This document shows, one piece after another, positions 51,508 to 60,903 of a stretch of DNA of 64,000 bases; within the stretch, counting starts at the first letter, position 1, and each line of letters starts with the position of its first letter. The notes under the pieces are model-generated. The model did not search any database. It saw only the letters and a program-made list of their open reading frames with translations, and was not told where the DNA came from. The stretch lies in IMG/VR virus record IMGVR_UViG_3300037400_004417; one strand, given 5' to 3'. Both the position numbers and the translations under genes were made by a program. This DNA is from a virus. Its lineage: Duplodnaviria; Heunggongvirae; Uroviricota; Caudoviricetes.

Positions 51508-51540
51508 AGATATAGGGCGCGCGGAGCGCCTTTGATATTT
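51508..51540 (-). terminator. GC-rich hairpin GGGCGCGCGGAGCGCC with flanking T-runs
   Basis: near-copy of the hairpin at 2127; lies between the 51854..52555 stop and the clpP start. Confidence 0.4.
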
Positions 51541-51604
51541 TGTTTTAGTATTATAACATATCGTTAAAGAAAAAACAAGTACTTTTACTAAGCATTAAAG
51601 TTAT

Positions 51605-51640
51605 AAAAATAAAAAACCCCAAGAAAACATCTTGGGGCGG
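51605..51640 (-). terminator. rho-independent terminator (CCCCAAGA..TCTTGGGG followed by U6 on the minus strand)
   Basis: 7-bp GC stem; plus-strand A-run 51608-51616 gives UUUUUUAUUUUUA on the minus transcript. Confidence 0.55.
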
Positions 51641-51853
51641 TAGAAAATACATAATTATTTTTCGTCGTTATTTTTATGCATCTGGTTCCATTTATGCTGC
51701 CACCAAATACCGACAGTAATTAAACCAACGACACAAGTTGAAATAAATGCAGCAAGTATACTTAATTCTATTAAAATAAGATCACCAGCTTCCTATGTTG
51801 TAATATACTATATTTAAATATTACGTAAAATAAGAAACTATATCGTATTAGAA

Positions 51854-52555
51854 TTAAGATATCTTTCTGCAACGCCATATTAATTCTGCATTCTTTTTTA
51901 ATTTCTTAAATTTATCTCTAATATTATCATTCATAGAATGACCTTTTGTTGAAATAACAGCGTCAAAATAACTTATTAAATCCTCAATGGATTTAGCCTT
52001 CGTTAATTTTCCTCTTAAAGCCTTAATTTTCTGTGGAGTAAATTTAACTCCAATTTTCTTTAAGATTTCCTCCAAGACAAGTTGATCTTCATCTTTATTA
52101 GGGATAATCGGGTATATTAACTCTAACATCTTTTTGTTGACGATTTCAATTTCTTCGTCAATCTTAGATTTGTTAGCATTTAATTCTAGAATCTTTGAAT
52201 GAAGAATAACTTGTTCTATATTAGCCAGAACTTTAACGGAATTAACTCCTAACAAAGAAGCAGCTTCTAAAACTTTTAAATATCCTCTATCACGACTAAT
52301 AATATAGATAAGGACATCTGGTTCATATTCTTTAAATACCCGACCTAGTATTTTAATATCCATAGAATTAGGATATCCATTATGTGCCGTGTCCATATAA
52401 ATAGGAATATCTATATTTGGAATATCTTTTTCTAGTAAAATGCATTTTTCTGATTCAAAAATGATTATCTTGTCTTCTTCTGGATTAAGCTTTTCGGCTC
52501 CGATGAGTCCACCTCCATGAACATTTTCTAGGTCCACTATTATTACTCTTTTCAA
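51854..52555 (-). CDS. hypothetical protein (possible NYN/PIN-like N-terminus)
   Basis: VIIVDLENVHGGG start resembles NYN/LabA-like domains; weak. Confidence 0.3.
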   Translation of the reverse strand: MKRVIIVDLENVHGGGLIGAEKLNPEEDKIIIFESEKCILLEKDIPNIDIPIYMDTAHNGYPNSMDIKILGRVFKEYEPDVLIYIISRDRGYLKVLEAASLLGVNSVKVLANIEQVILHSKILELNANKSKIDEEIEIVNKKMLELIYPIIPNKDEDQLVLEEILKKIGVKFTPQKIKALRGKLTKAKSIEDLISYFDAVISTKGHSMNDNIRDKFKKLKKNAELIWRCRKIS

Positions 52556-52749
52556 CGTGGACTCACTTCCTTTCTCGTTATATTAATAAATAATAAATAA
52601 TACTGGAAAAAGACATAATAAGAAATAAAATTGAAAAAACTAGAAAATATATTAATATTTCTTTTACGTATTCAATGGCTTCTTCTTTTTCTTTTACGCT
52701 CTTTATCCATCTATTAGGTCTGTTTTTTCCTGGATACATTAAAAAACCT

Positions 52750-52947
52750 TCAACCTTCTTCTGTGTTAATATAGTTATGAACAGAAAAGGAATTGCTCTT
52801 TTCTATTGCGGTTTTAATAAGTTCATTCCCTTCTGAAGCAATAATAAAACTTAAATAAAATAATCCTATTAGTAATATAACACATACGACGACATAATAT
52901 CTAATCTTTAAAAGATTGTCTAATTCGTCTAAAAAATCTTTGTACAT
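52750..52947 (-). CDS. small membrane protein
   Basis: 65 aa with one hydrophobic helix. Confidence 0.35.
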   Translation of the reverse strand: MYKDFLDELDNLLKIRYYVVVCVILLIGLFYLSFIIASEGNELIKTAIEKSNSFSVHNYINTEEG

Positions 52948-52953
52948 AGTATT

Positions 52954-53478
52954 TTAGTCTCTCTCTTCTATCTTTTTAATAACAGGTTCTAAATACTTTT
53001 GTATAGTTTCTTTATCGATAAGTCTCTGATTGGAACTTCCTCTAAAGTTTAAACTTAAATCTCTTTGTTCTAAGATAAAAGGACCGTCTACTAGCATATC
53101 TATATTTTCTAGAATGTTAAGAATATCCCAGTCATGATACTTTTCTATCTCTTCTATCATTTGTTCAATAGTATATCCAGTGTATAACCATATAGTCATA
53201 TCTGGATATCTTTCTTTGAACGCTAGAATAAAACATGCTGTATCATAAGGCTGATAAAGAGGATCGCCGCCGGATAAAGTTATTCCGTCTAATAAATCCT
53301 TATTCTTTTCAAAGTCTTTTAAGAATTCGTCAATAGAAATTTCTTTGCCGCCATTAAAATCCCAAGTCTGTGGATTATGACAGCCTTTACAATGATGAGT
53401 ACAGCCTTGAGTAAATATTACGTATCTAATGCCTTCGCCGTCTACGAAGCTTTCTCGTTCTATTCCTGCAATACGCAT
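52954..53478 (-). CDS. nrdG: anaerobic ribonucleotide reductase activating protein NrdG (radical SAM)
   Basis: GCTHHCKGCHNP (CxxxCxxC) and TLSGGDPL. Confidence 0.8.
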   Translation of the reverse strand: MRIAGIERESFVDGEGIRYVIFTQGCTHHCKGCHNPQTWDFNGGKEISIDEFLKDFEKNKDLLDGITLSGGDPLYQPYDTACFILAFKERYPDMTIWLYTGYTIEQMIEEIEKYHDWDILNILENIDMLVDGPFILEQRDLSLNFRGSSNQRLIDKETIQKYLEPVIKKIEERD

Positions 53479-53762
53479 TATAAATTCGCCGCCTTAGCCT
53501 TACGTTCTGCTTCCTTCTTAGCCTTGATAGCAGTCTTGTGTTCTGCACGTTCCTTTAATTTTCTTGGTCGTGCAGAATTCTTTTCAATATCTCTTAAATA
53601 CTTAGCTAACTTAATTACGGCATTACGATTATCATGAACCATATTATAAAAATCTTCAGCTGTCTTAGCATTCTTAGCACTTACACTTAACGCAGCTACA
53701 GCATCAATGTTATCTCTAATATACTGGCTTAAAGAATTATCCGGCATCATAAATAAAATCAA
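53478..53762 (-). CDS. hypothetical basic protein
   Basis: 94-aa ORF. Confidence 0.4.
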   Translation of the reverse strand: MILFMMPDNSLSQYIRDNIDAVAALSVSAKNAKTAEDFYNMVHDNRNAVIKLAKYLRDIEKNSARPRKLKERAEHKTAIKAKKEAERKAKAANL

Positions 53763-53789
53763 TCCTCTCTTTTATTATTTATGTAAAAT

Positions 53790-53927
53790 TTATTTATTGC
53801 ATCCACATGGACACATATTAGTAGTACAAGAAGGTCCTCCACAATTTGTGCAAGAACCAGTATTAAATGTCATATATGCTCCGGTAATAGCTGCTAAAAT
53901 TAAAAATGTAGAAATAATCTTTTTCAT
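53790..53927 (-). CDS. 45-aa secreted/hydrophobic-leader peptide with six Cys in the C-terminal 22 residues
   Basis: MKKIISTFLILAAITGAYMTFNTGSCTNCGGPSCTTNMCPCGCNK; RBS aaagg upstream; below the ORF-track size cutoff. Confidence 0.4.
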   Translation of the reverse strand: MKKIISTFLILAAITGAYMTFNTGSCTNCGGPSCTTNMCPCGCNK

Positions 53928-54181
53928 ATAATTCTATTTTCCTTTCTTTATTCCCTATTTATATTTTTATGTCATTAGGTGGTCCACCTGGCTCTGCTGG
54001 TTGAAGCCCTGCATCCAATGGTTCGTCAGCTAAGATAAGTTTATCTATAAACACTCCTAAATCTGTATCGATATAATCATCTGTATCTATCCACAAATCT
54101 CCAACTTCGGCGGCTTAGCGTACCTATTCCTTGAAAATAATAGGCACGCTAAATATTAACCACTAAAAATTAAATAATATA

Positions 54182-54661
54182 TTACTCTGGAACGTGTACA
54201 CCGAGATCAGTCTGCATTAATAACTGAAAATCAGCTTTGCGCTCCCTCTTATATGCTAATAACTTATTCTTTACGTTATCCAAAGTATCAATATAATCCT
54301 GGATGTTCTGCATTGCGGCATTATGTCTCTTGCGAATGGCCTGCTTAAATGCGATAGTACAGCCTACTTCTGCATCAAACTTATCTCTTGGATCACAAGT
54401 TGCTACACCTGTATATTCAACAATCTTAGAATAACCGTTTGTCTCAATAATATCTTTTGGATGACTAACTGCGATATCTAACTTAGAAGTATCAAAGCCA
54501 GCAAAAATGGCGTCGATATCACTTAAAGTCTCCAAATCAAAAGGTGTATATTCTGTAATAGTACAGGATATAGTCTTATTATTCTTATTTACCATAAACT
54601 TAGCGGCATAACACTCATTAAAATTAGTATCTACGAATACGTTTACATTCTTCTTTGCCAT
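54182..54661 (-). CDS. hypothetical protein
   Basis: 159-aa ORF. Confidence 0.4.
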   Translation of the reverse strand: MAKKNVNVFVDTNFNECYAAKFMVNKNNKTISCTITEYTPFDLETLSDIDAIFAGFDTSKLDIAVSHPKDIIETNGYSKIVEYTGVATCDPRDKFDAEVGCTIAFKQAIRKRHNAAMQNIQDYIDTLDNVKNKLLAYKRERKADFQLLMQTDLGVHVPE

Positions 54662-54766
54662 AAATACATCTCTTCTTTCTTAATCTAATTAAATTAACAT
54701 TTTCTTATTAACTTTCTTTGCCAAATTAATATGATTATTAGGCATTAATATATATCTTCATTCCTT

Positions 54767-55120
54767 CTAAACCTTAACGATCTTGAAAATATAAACATTT
54801 TCTCCATTCTGATACAGTATTGCATCATAAGCATCTATATATGAATCTGCTTTGCTATCCTCACTTAACCCTTCTTTTGGGATATAAGAATTATATTTTA
54901 AAACCATTTTGTTATAAGCATCCTCATATCTGTAAAATACCATAGTATCGATATCATAGCCATCAGTTTCGATAAGGATATATTTACTTTCTTTTTCTAG
55001 AATAATATCATACATTTTCTGCAGAGTATCATTGCTTTTCTGATTCTGCTCAAGACTTTTCTTAAAGTACTCTATAGCATAATATAGAAATTCCTTTTCT
55101 GCTCTAGTTTCAAATAACAT
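54767..55120 (-). CDS. hypothetical protein
   Basis: 117-aa ORF. Confidence 0.4.
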   Translation of the reverse strand: MLFETRAEKEFLYYAIEYFKKSLEQNQKSNDTLQKMYDIILEKESKYILIETDGYDIDTMVFYRYEDAYNKMVLKYNSYIPKEGLSEDSKADSYIDAYDAILYQNGENVYIFKIVKV

Positions 55121-55346
55121 CAGTCCACTTCCCTTATACTATCTTTGTCAGCTTCCGCTACGATAAATTTGTAAAAATATTACTACTTCTATAAATTTAT
55201 ACTTTAATACTTCTCACGAAGTATTTTCCTCGTTCATCGAATCCGATTTCGCCGAAGCTATTCTCGTTTGATATAATTCTCCGGAGGCTTAAATTCCCTA
55301 GTAGCGATAGGTACACGTTTAAGTGTTCTTCGAAAATTGAACGTTC

Positions 55347-56564
55347 TTAAACTTCATAATTCGCGAGATTTATAGCTGCGTTTAAGTCTCGATCAATAAT
55401 TAAACCGCAGTTGTCACATCTATATATTCTATCCTTTAATTTTAAGTCAACTTTCTTATGTCCACAACAAGAACAGTTTTTGCTAGATGGATAATATCTA
55501 TCGGCTTTTACCAAAGTAATTCCATATTTCTCTGTCTTGTATTCAAGTTGACGTCTAAATTCATAGAATTTTTGATTAACGATTGCTTTAGCTAAATGTT
55601 TATTTTTCATCATTCCTAAAACGTTTAAATCTTCAATTACAATTCTAGCTGGCTTGGTTTTCACCAGTTCTGCCGTAATTTGATGTATATGATTATTTCT
55701 TATATCAGTTAATCTTTTGTAAATCAACTTGATTTTTCTATTTTGACGTGTAATATTTTTGCATTCTCTTAGAGGTTTTTTATAAACAGGTTTATATCCG
55801 CCAGACTTTTTATCTTCTTTTTGGATATATTCATAATGATCTGTATTTTTTAGGCGTTTACGATTCAATTTACGTTGTTCTCTTTTAAGTTTCTTTTCTA
55901 AACGCTTAACCTCTTTAGACTTATTAATATTCTTATAAAATTTTTGGGTTTTAGAATATTTAGAATACGTTACAGCTAATTCTTTCAAACCTAAATCTAT
56001 TCCTATAGATTCTTCAGTAAGCTCAACTGGTTCGAGTTCTTGGTCGATACAAAAACTTAAATACCAATGTTTCCCATCATAAGAAATCCTGGGATTAGAA
56101 TAATGTTGGTTTTCTCCTAATCTCGGAAGCACCTTCGCTGTTTTTACATAGCCTATTTTTTCTCCATGAAATCCATTCGGTTTCCAAGAAAGATATTCAT
56201 AATTTACGTAAAAACTAGGTTTCGCTTTTCTTTTTGATTTAAATTTTGGTTCATTTCTCTTCCCCTTAAAAAATGCTTTAAATGCTTTGTCAGCATCTCG
56301 AATAGCTTCTTTCGGAATATTGGAACCAACATTTTTTAACCAACTATACTCTTCTGTTTTCTTTAATTGAGTAATCTGTTTTCTAACATCTCCTGAAGAA
56401 ATGTTTTTAAGACCTGTTTTATTATTATCTAAATATTCTTTATATACACGTTTTCTTTCTCCCAAGAAATAATTCCACGCCCATCTTGCTGTTCCCGCAC
56501 TTTGCCAGAAAAGTTTTTCCTGTTCAGGTGTTGGAAGCAGTCTTATCTTCTTTCCTAGAAGCAT
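55347..56564 (-). CDS. tnpB: IS605/IS607-family TnpB (RuvC-like, Zn-finger; RNA-guided nuclease ancestor)
   Basis: GIDLGLKELAV (RuvC-I), ...IVIEDLNV..., C-terminal CSCCGHKK...CDNCG Zn finger. Confidence 0.85.
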   Translation of the reverse strand: MLLGKKIRLLPTPEQEKLFWQSAGTARWAWNYFLGERKRVYKEYLDNNKTGLKNISSGDVRKQITQLKKTEEYSWLKNVGSNIPKEAIRDADKAFKAFFKGKRNEPKFKSKRKAKPSFYVNYEYLSWKPNGFHGEKIGYVKTAKVLPRLGENQHYSNPRISYDGKHWYLSFCIDQELEPVELTEESIGIDLGLKELAVTYSKYSKTQKFYKNINKSKEVKRLEKKLKREQRKLNRKRLKNTDHYEYIQKEDKKSGGYKPVYKKPLRECKNITRQNRKIKLIYKRLTDIRNNHIHQITAELVKTKPARIVIEDLNVLGMMKNKHLAKAIVNQKFYEFRRQLEYKTEKYGITLVKADRYYPSSKNCSCCGHKKVDLKLKDRIYRCDNCGLIIDRDLNAAINLANYEV

Positions 56565-57165
56565 TAGTCTTCACCTCATCGATTAATCTCTTGGTTTTTC
56601 TTGATCTCTGTCCATACAGACGATTAGCGAATACAGTAATTATCTGAATTAAATCATCGGTTAATTCCTGTTCTTTACTTTGTTCCGTATTGTCGATAAT
56701 TTCAATTTCGACGTCATTTAATTCACAGAGATATTTAATTAAGTCAAAACCGAATCTGATTAGTCTGTCCTCATAAAGAATAACGATTTTAGAAATTTCT
56801 TTATCGTTTATTTTCTTTATAAGTTCTTGAAGGCCTTTCTTGTTGTAATTGATTCCAGAACCTATGTCAGTAATAATTTTGAACTTATATCCTTTAGCGT
56901 ACATATAAGTTTTAAGATTATTAACTTGAGTTTCTAGATCATCTTTTTGAGATGGCGTAGATACACGGCAGTAGCCTATAACTATTTTTTCTACGTTTTC
57001 AGTTTCTTTTGAAATAAACTTTTTTAACTGATCTTCGGAATAATATCTCGTACCGCCAGCTGATATATGACAAGGAATTAATTCTCCTGTCTTATGTAGT
57101 CTTCTAACAGTAGTAGGAGTTACTCCTAAAATCTTCGCGAATTTACCTATGCTAATTAATTTCAT
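56524..57165 (-). CDS. tnpA: IS607-family TnpA serine recombinase with N-terminal MerR-like HTH
   Basis: IGKFAKILGVTPTTVRRL HTH; catalytic YCRVSTPSQ; RBS aaaggtga precedes the MKLISIG start at 57165. Confidence 0.8.
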   Translation of the reverse strand: MKLISIGKFAKILGVTPTTVRRLHKTGELIPCHISAGGTRYYSEDQLKKFISKETENVEKIVIGYCRVSTPSQKDDLETQVNNLKTYMYAKGYKFKIITDIGSGINYNKKGLQELIKKINDKEISKIVILYEDRLIRFGFDLIKYLCELNDVEIEIIDNTEQSKEQELTDDLIQIITVFANRLYGQRSRKTKRLIDEVKTNASRKEDKTASNT

Positions 57166-57299
57166 AGTGTCGTCACCTTTCTGCGTTTTATTTTTATATA
57201 TTATATATATTACGCAAAAAGATGACATATTTATATAGAAAGTAAAATATTTTTATAAATTTATCTCGTTCACCTAGAAACGCAACTTTCTAGACAGTC

Positions 57300-57560
57300 T
57301 TACTGTCACCAGCAGACCTCCTTGTCTTTCGACAAGGCGCAGACTATATCTTCATCCTTCGCGATAAATCGCGGAGGAGCAGTATTTTTCTTCCGCCCTT
57401 AGCTTCCGGTTTTACTCTCCCTCAAGGAGATAGTCGTTGGAGGTCCCGCGTATCTTGATTTTTTAATCAAGACTTAGCGGTTTCCCTGCTAAACACCCAT
57501 TGTTTACGATACTTAGGACTGACGTTTCTAGACGGTCACTATTTATATTTCATCTAGTAC
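57300..57560 (-). ncRNA. orphan group I intron-like core (family-A R/S elements) with no recognisable host exons
   Basis: S gcagactatatcttcatcc (57340) and R ggagatagtcgttggagg (57430) at family-A spacing; unusually GC-rich; lies between the IS607 and a small upstream gene. Confidence 0.3.
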
Positions 57561-57943
57561 TGATCAGCTTTTGTTTCACCTTATATCATCTACACTGTTT
57601 TTTCTGCTTTCGCGCAATTTACGTCTACTGTTTCCAGTTCCGCTTTAGCCGTGTAGCTTTAGGGGTTAAAAGCAATTAACTCTGAGTTCGCACCGATTAC
57701 TCGATACGAAGGGTCTTCTGTTTCAGTTATAATATTTATATATTAATTTAAAAAACTATAAATATTTGTTAACTGTTTCTTTCCCAGCTATTCACGACAT
57801 AATCCTGATCATATACATCATCGGTGATATAAATGCCATCATCATCCTGTGCTATCTTTAACGCTTCTTCTTTAGAATTAGCTTCTATATCTAAGTAACC
57901 ATATATAGAAAACTGTACGCCCACTTTGTATGTAGCCACGATC

Positions 57944-58186
57944 TTATGCCTTCCCCTCTTTCATGTCGTTGTATAGCTTAAGAATTTCCATATCTTCTTC
58001 TATTTCGTAAGATCCATCTATATATTCTGGGTCATCTCCCAAAGGGAGTACATCAATATGCTCCTTGCAATATGCCAATGCTTCTTCTAAGCTATTGGCT
58101 TGTACAAGCAAACGGTCATATACTTGCCAAGTAATAGGAATCTTGTATTCCTTATTAGCATTTTCGTTAGCTGTTATGCATCTCAT
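57944..58186 (-). CDS. hypothetical protein
   Basis: 80-aa ORF. Confidence 0.35.
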   Translation of the reverse strand: MRCITANENANKEYKIPITWQVYDRLLVQANSLEEALAYCKEHIDVLPLGDDPEYIDGSYEIEEDMEILKLYNDMKEGKA

Positions 58187-58391
58187 CGCTTATAATCCCC
58201 CATGCTTTCATTAAATCTTTTAACTGATCTTGCAAGATACCATAATCAGAACCGTAAATAATGGCTGCCTCATCGTCCTCTTCCTTTTCTGGATTATCGA
58301 TATTAATACCTTTTTCTTCTAAAAAATCTTCGAAGATATCAATGATTCTACCTAAGAATTCTGATGTGTCTTCGTTGCTTATTACTGCCAT
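58167..58391 (-). CDS. hypothetical acidic protein
   Basis: 74-aa ORF. Confidence 0.35.
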   Translation of the reverse strand: MAVISNEDTSEFLGRIIDIFEDFLEEKGINIDNPEKEEDDEAAIIYGSDYGILQDQLKDLMKAWGIISDEMHNS

Positions 58392-58397
58392 ATTATA

Positions 58398-58727
58398 TCA
58401 TCCTTTCTGTTCTTTAACGATTGTGTTCCATATATCTTCAAGAAACTCCCAAGTAATGCCTACATTAGCGTCAAAATATTTATCAGCTCTATACGCAAGG
58501 ATTTTTACGGCGGCATCAATTCCTCCTAATTGATTGATTATTTCGATTCTGTTATTTTTATCTTCGTTTGTCCAATTATAAATGAGTGTATAACAATCAA
58601 CGTCTGTCCAAAATCCTAATAAATTATTATATACAGCTACATCTGTGAAATCTGTTTCTGTCTTAATTTTTTCTTCAAGGTCTTTCAAACTTGCTTTGTC
58701 ATCAGACATAATTATAAGTGCGGCCAT
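58398..58727 (-). CDS. hypothetical protein
   Basis: 109-aa ORF. Confidence 0.4.
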   Translation of the reverse strand: MAALIIMSDDKASLKDLEEKIKTETDFTDVAVYNNLLGFWTDVDCYTLIYNWTNEDKNNRIEIINQLGGIDAAVKILAYRADKYFDANVGITWEFLEDIWNTIVKEQKG

Positions 58728-58739
58728 AATTACTCCTCC

Positions 58740-59267
58740 TTAAAAATGATAATCATAAGAAGCTATCACATATAACTCTAATGGATCCTTTTCCGTAATT
58801 AAATTTTCAAGGAATTTGTCATAAGTGGAAATCGTATTGTAATCATCTAAGTCTACGATATACCAGCCGTATCTATCATGTAAAATTTCTAAAGCTTGAT
58901 AGATAGAAGTTTTCATCGCGATAATGTCGTCATTGGCATTAGCCTGATTAAGATTAACTGTATTATTCCTGTCTTTTTCTTTAGTAAGAAAATCAACTGC
59001 AATATTAATTTTATTCTTTAGCACTGTTCTTATAGATTCTTTAATATTTTCAATACGAATCTTATTTCCTTCAGAAGTAGCTCCTGGAATTGAACGAGCA
59101 ATGCCGGCGGCGATTTCTGCCATCACCTCATAACTTTTTACATAACTATATTCAAATCTAACGTAATCAGCCACTCCATGCATGTCTTCAAATACTTCAT
59201 CTTCTGTTGGTAAATTAAAAACATCATAATTCTTATCTGTACTCAACGCAAAAATATTACTATGCAC
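58740..59267 (-). CDS. hypothetical protein
   Basis: 175-aa ORF. Confidence 0.4.
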   Translation of the reverse strand: MHSNIFALSTDKNYDVFNLPTEDEVFEDMHGVADYVRFEYSYVKSYEVMAEIAAGIARSIPGATSEGNKIRIENIKESIRTVLKNKINIAVDFLTKEKDRNNTVNLNQANANDDIIAMKTSIYQALEILHDRYGWYIVDLDDYNTISTYDKFLENLITEKDPLELYVIASYDYHF

Positions 59268-59499
59268 TTAAATCGCCTTCTTTCTTTGCTTCTTCTATAA
59301 ATAAGTCGCTAATAGATATACCGTATAAATCTACTAACCATGCTAATGTCTCGGCGTATATCCTGCTTCTTCTATTTTCCCAATGATATAACATCATGGG
59401 GCAATATCCTATAGCTGCAGCTACTTCTTTAACAGTAAGCCCGCTATTCTTCCTTGCTGCCTTTAACAGCTCTGGCTTAAATACTAACATATTTTTCAC
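59260..59499 (-). CDS. XRE-family helix-turn-helix transcriptional regulator
   Basis: LTVKEVAAAIGYCPMMLYHWENRRSRIYAETLAWLVDLYGISISDL. Confidence 0.6.
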   Translation of the reverse strand: MKNMLVFKPELLKAARKNSGLTVKEVAAAIGYCPMMLYHWENRRSRIYAETLAWLVDLYGISISDLFIEEAKKEGDLSA

Positions 59500-59504
59500 C
59501 TCTA

Positions 59505-59959
59505 ATCAGATGACGAACAGTCACAAGAACTACTACTATCGCTCCAAGAATCAGAACAGCCGCCGCCCCCGGACGAACCACCTCCATAGTTATGAGAAGA
59601 ACTTGTACTATCATCATGATTATGAGATTGACCTACATAATAGTTATTATCATAAGAAGTACTGGACGAATAAAGATAATTGTTGCATCCAGAGTTTTGA
59701 TTTTTTTGATCATAGTATCTTTGTCAACTTGCTTATTTCTATCAGTCTTATTTCTTCTATCGTTAATCGACGTGTTGGTCTTGTTGACGATATCGCGCAT
59801 TTTAGAATATTCAGCGTCACAATTATATTCGAGGCAATCAAAATCTCGTCTAAGTACTCTTATTTTCTCTTTCAGCTTATTAATACGACTAGAAAGATTA
59901 GAAAATATTGCTAGTAAAAAAACAAAAAATACTACTAAAAGAATGATTGTATTAATCAA
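59505..59959 (-). CDS. membrane/coiled-coil protein, possibly continued into a Ser/Gly/Cys-rich tail after a frameshift at an A7 tract
   Basis: ORF 59633..59959 has an N-terminal TM; after the A7 run at 59703-59709 the +1 frame reads DQKNQNSGCNNYLYSSSTSYDNNYYVGQSHNHDDSTSSSHNYGGGSSGGGGCSDSWSDSSSSCDCSSSD. Confidence 0.3.
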
Positions 59960-60150
59960 GACTTTTCCTCCGTTTTCTTAAAAACTTCTGCCACAGTACC
60001 TAAATAACACTTTCTTAAGGCTCCTAAATCCTTTTCTAATTTTCTCTTCTATCAATCGTAATCTAGCATCGTATCTTCTATCTGCAGCAGAAATACAACA
60101 AGATATAAACAGAAGAAGACCAAAAAGAATAATTGTTACGCACTGTTCCA

Positions 60151-60579
60151 TCAATATTCAGCCTTCGCAGGTAATACGCCTGTCTTTTCTAATGCCCACT
60201 CTCTCGCCATCTTCTGAGCATTAAAAATCTTAATCTCATTCTTTGTAATAGCTACGACATCAGTGACTAAATACCTTAGCTTCTCGCTGCCTGTACAAAC
60301 ATGAATAAATGTTTCTCCTTCTAAGAGAATTTCTTTAAGCTGCTTATAGAAAGAATCCATATTGTATTCATATTCTTCATCGTCTTCATTTTCTGGACCA
60401 AATTCTATACAGCCGTATGCACCGAAACCATGAAGGATATTGCCATTATTGTCTATTTTCGTAAAATCGAATATCTCGTCACCAGTATCTACACATAATC
60501 GCTTAAATAAAGCGTTATACTTTTCTTCGTCAGTAACCTTAAAATAATTAGTTCTTTCAATACCATAAAAATTAGCCAT
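60151..60579 (-). CDS. hypothetical protein
   Basis: 142-aa ORF. Confidence 0.4.
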   Translation of the reverse strand: MANFYGIERTNYFKVTDEEKYNALFKRLCVDTGDEIFDFTKIDNNGNILHGFGAYGCIEFGPENEDDEEYEYNMDSFYKQLKEILLEGETFIHVCTGSEKLRYLVTDVVAITKNEIKIFNAQKMAREWALEKTGVLPAKAEY

Positions 60580-60603
60580 TAGCCTGCCCCCCCTTAACGT
60601 TTT

Positions 60604-60900
60604 TTAGTCTTTAGCAATCCATTCAGTTACGGTAACGATCTTTTCCTTCTTAGCAACTTCGTACGGCTGTTCGCCAAACCAGTTATCCTGACATTCGGTC
60701 AATCCTCTCTGCCAATCGACAGAGAAGAATCTATTACCCGCTTTTACTATCGTGCTCACGGGAACATCCCAGCGGCTACGTTCTCCCTCTACTTCGTCCA
60801 CATATTCAAGTTCGGATTCTTCGTATGCTATATTCTCTAATTCTTCTTCTGTAAACTTTTCGTTGTTGTTAATCTTGTTTAAAAATTCTGCTTCAGTCAT
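60604..60900 (-). CDS. hypothetical acidic protein
   Basis: 98-aa ORF. Confidence 0.4.
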   Translation of the reverse strand: MTEAEFLNKINNNEKFTEEELENIAYEESELEYVDEVEGERSRWDVPVSTIVKAGNRFFSVDWQRGLTECQDNWFGEQPYEVAKKEKIVTVTEWIAKD

Positions 60901-60903
60901 TTA

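Larger units (their letters stand above)
55130..57300 (-). mobile_element. IS607-family insertion sequence (serine-recombinase tnpA plus tnpB); ends approximate
   Basis: tnpA/tnpB overlap by about 40 nt in typical IS607 arrangement; 3-prime flank 55130-55346 is the expected position of the TnpB guide (omega) RNA scaffold. Confidence 0.55.

Noticed and set aside
51660-51780. Possible about 35-aa transmembrane peptide upstream of the strong terminator at 51605-51640
   Set aside because: No clear start codon or RBS in frame
58261-58533. Plus-strand 90-aa ORF and other short plus-strand ORFs (for example 59396..59981, 62890..63141)
   Set aside because: Overlap better-supported minus-strand genes; no motifs
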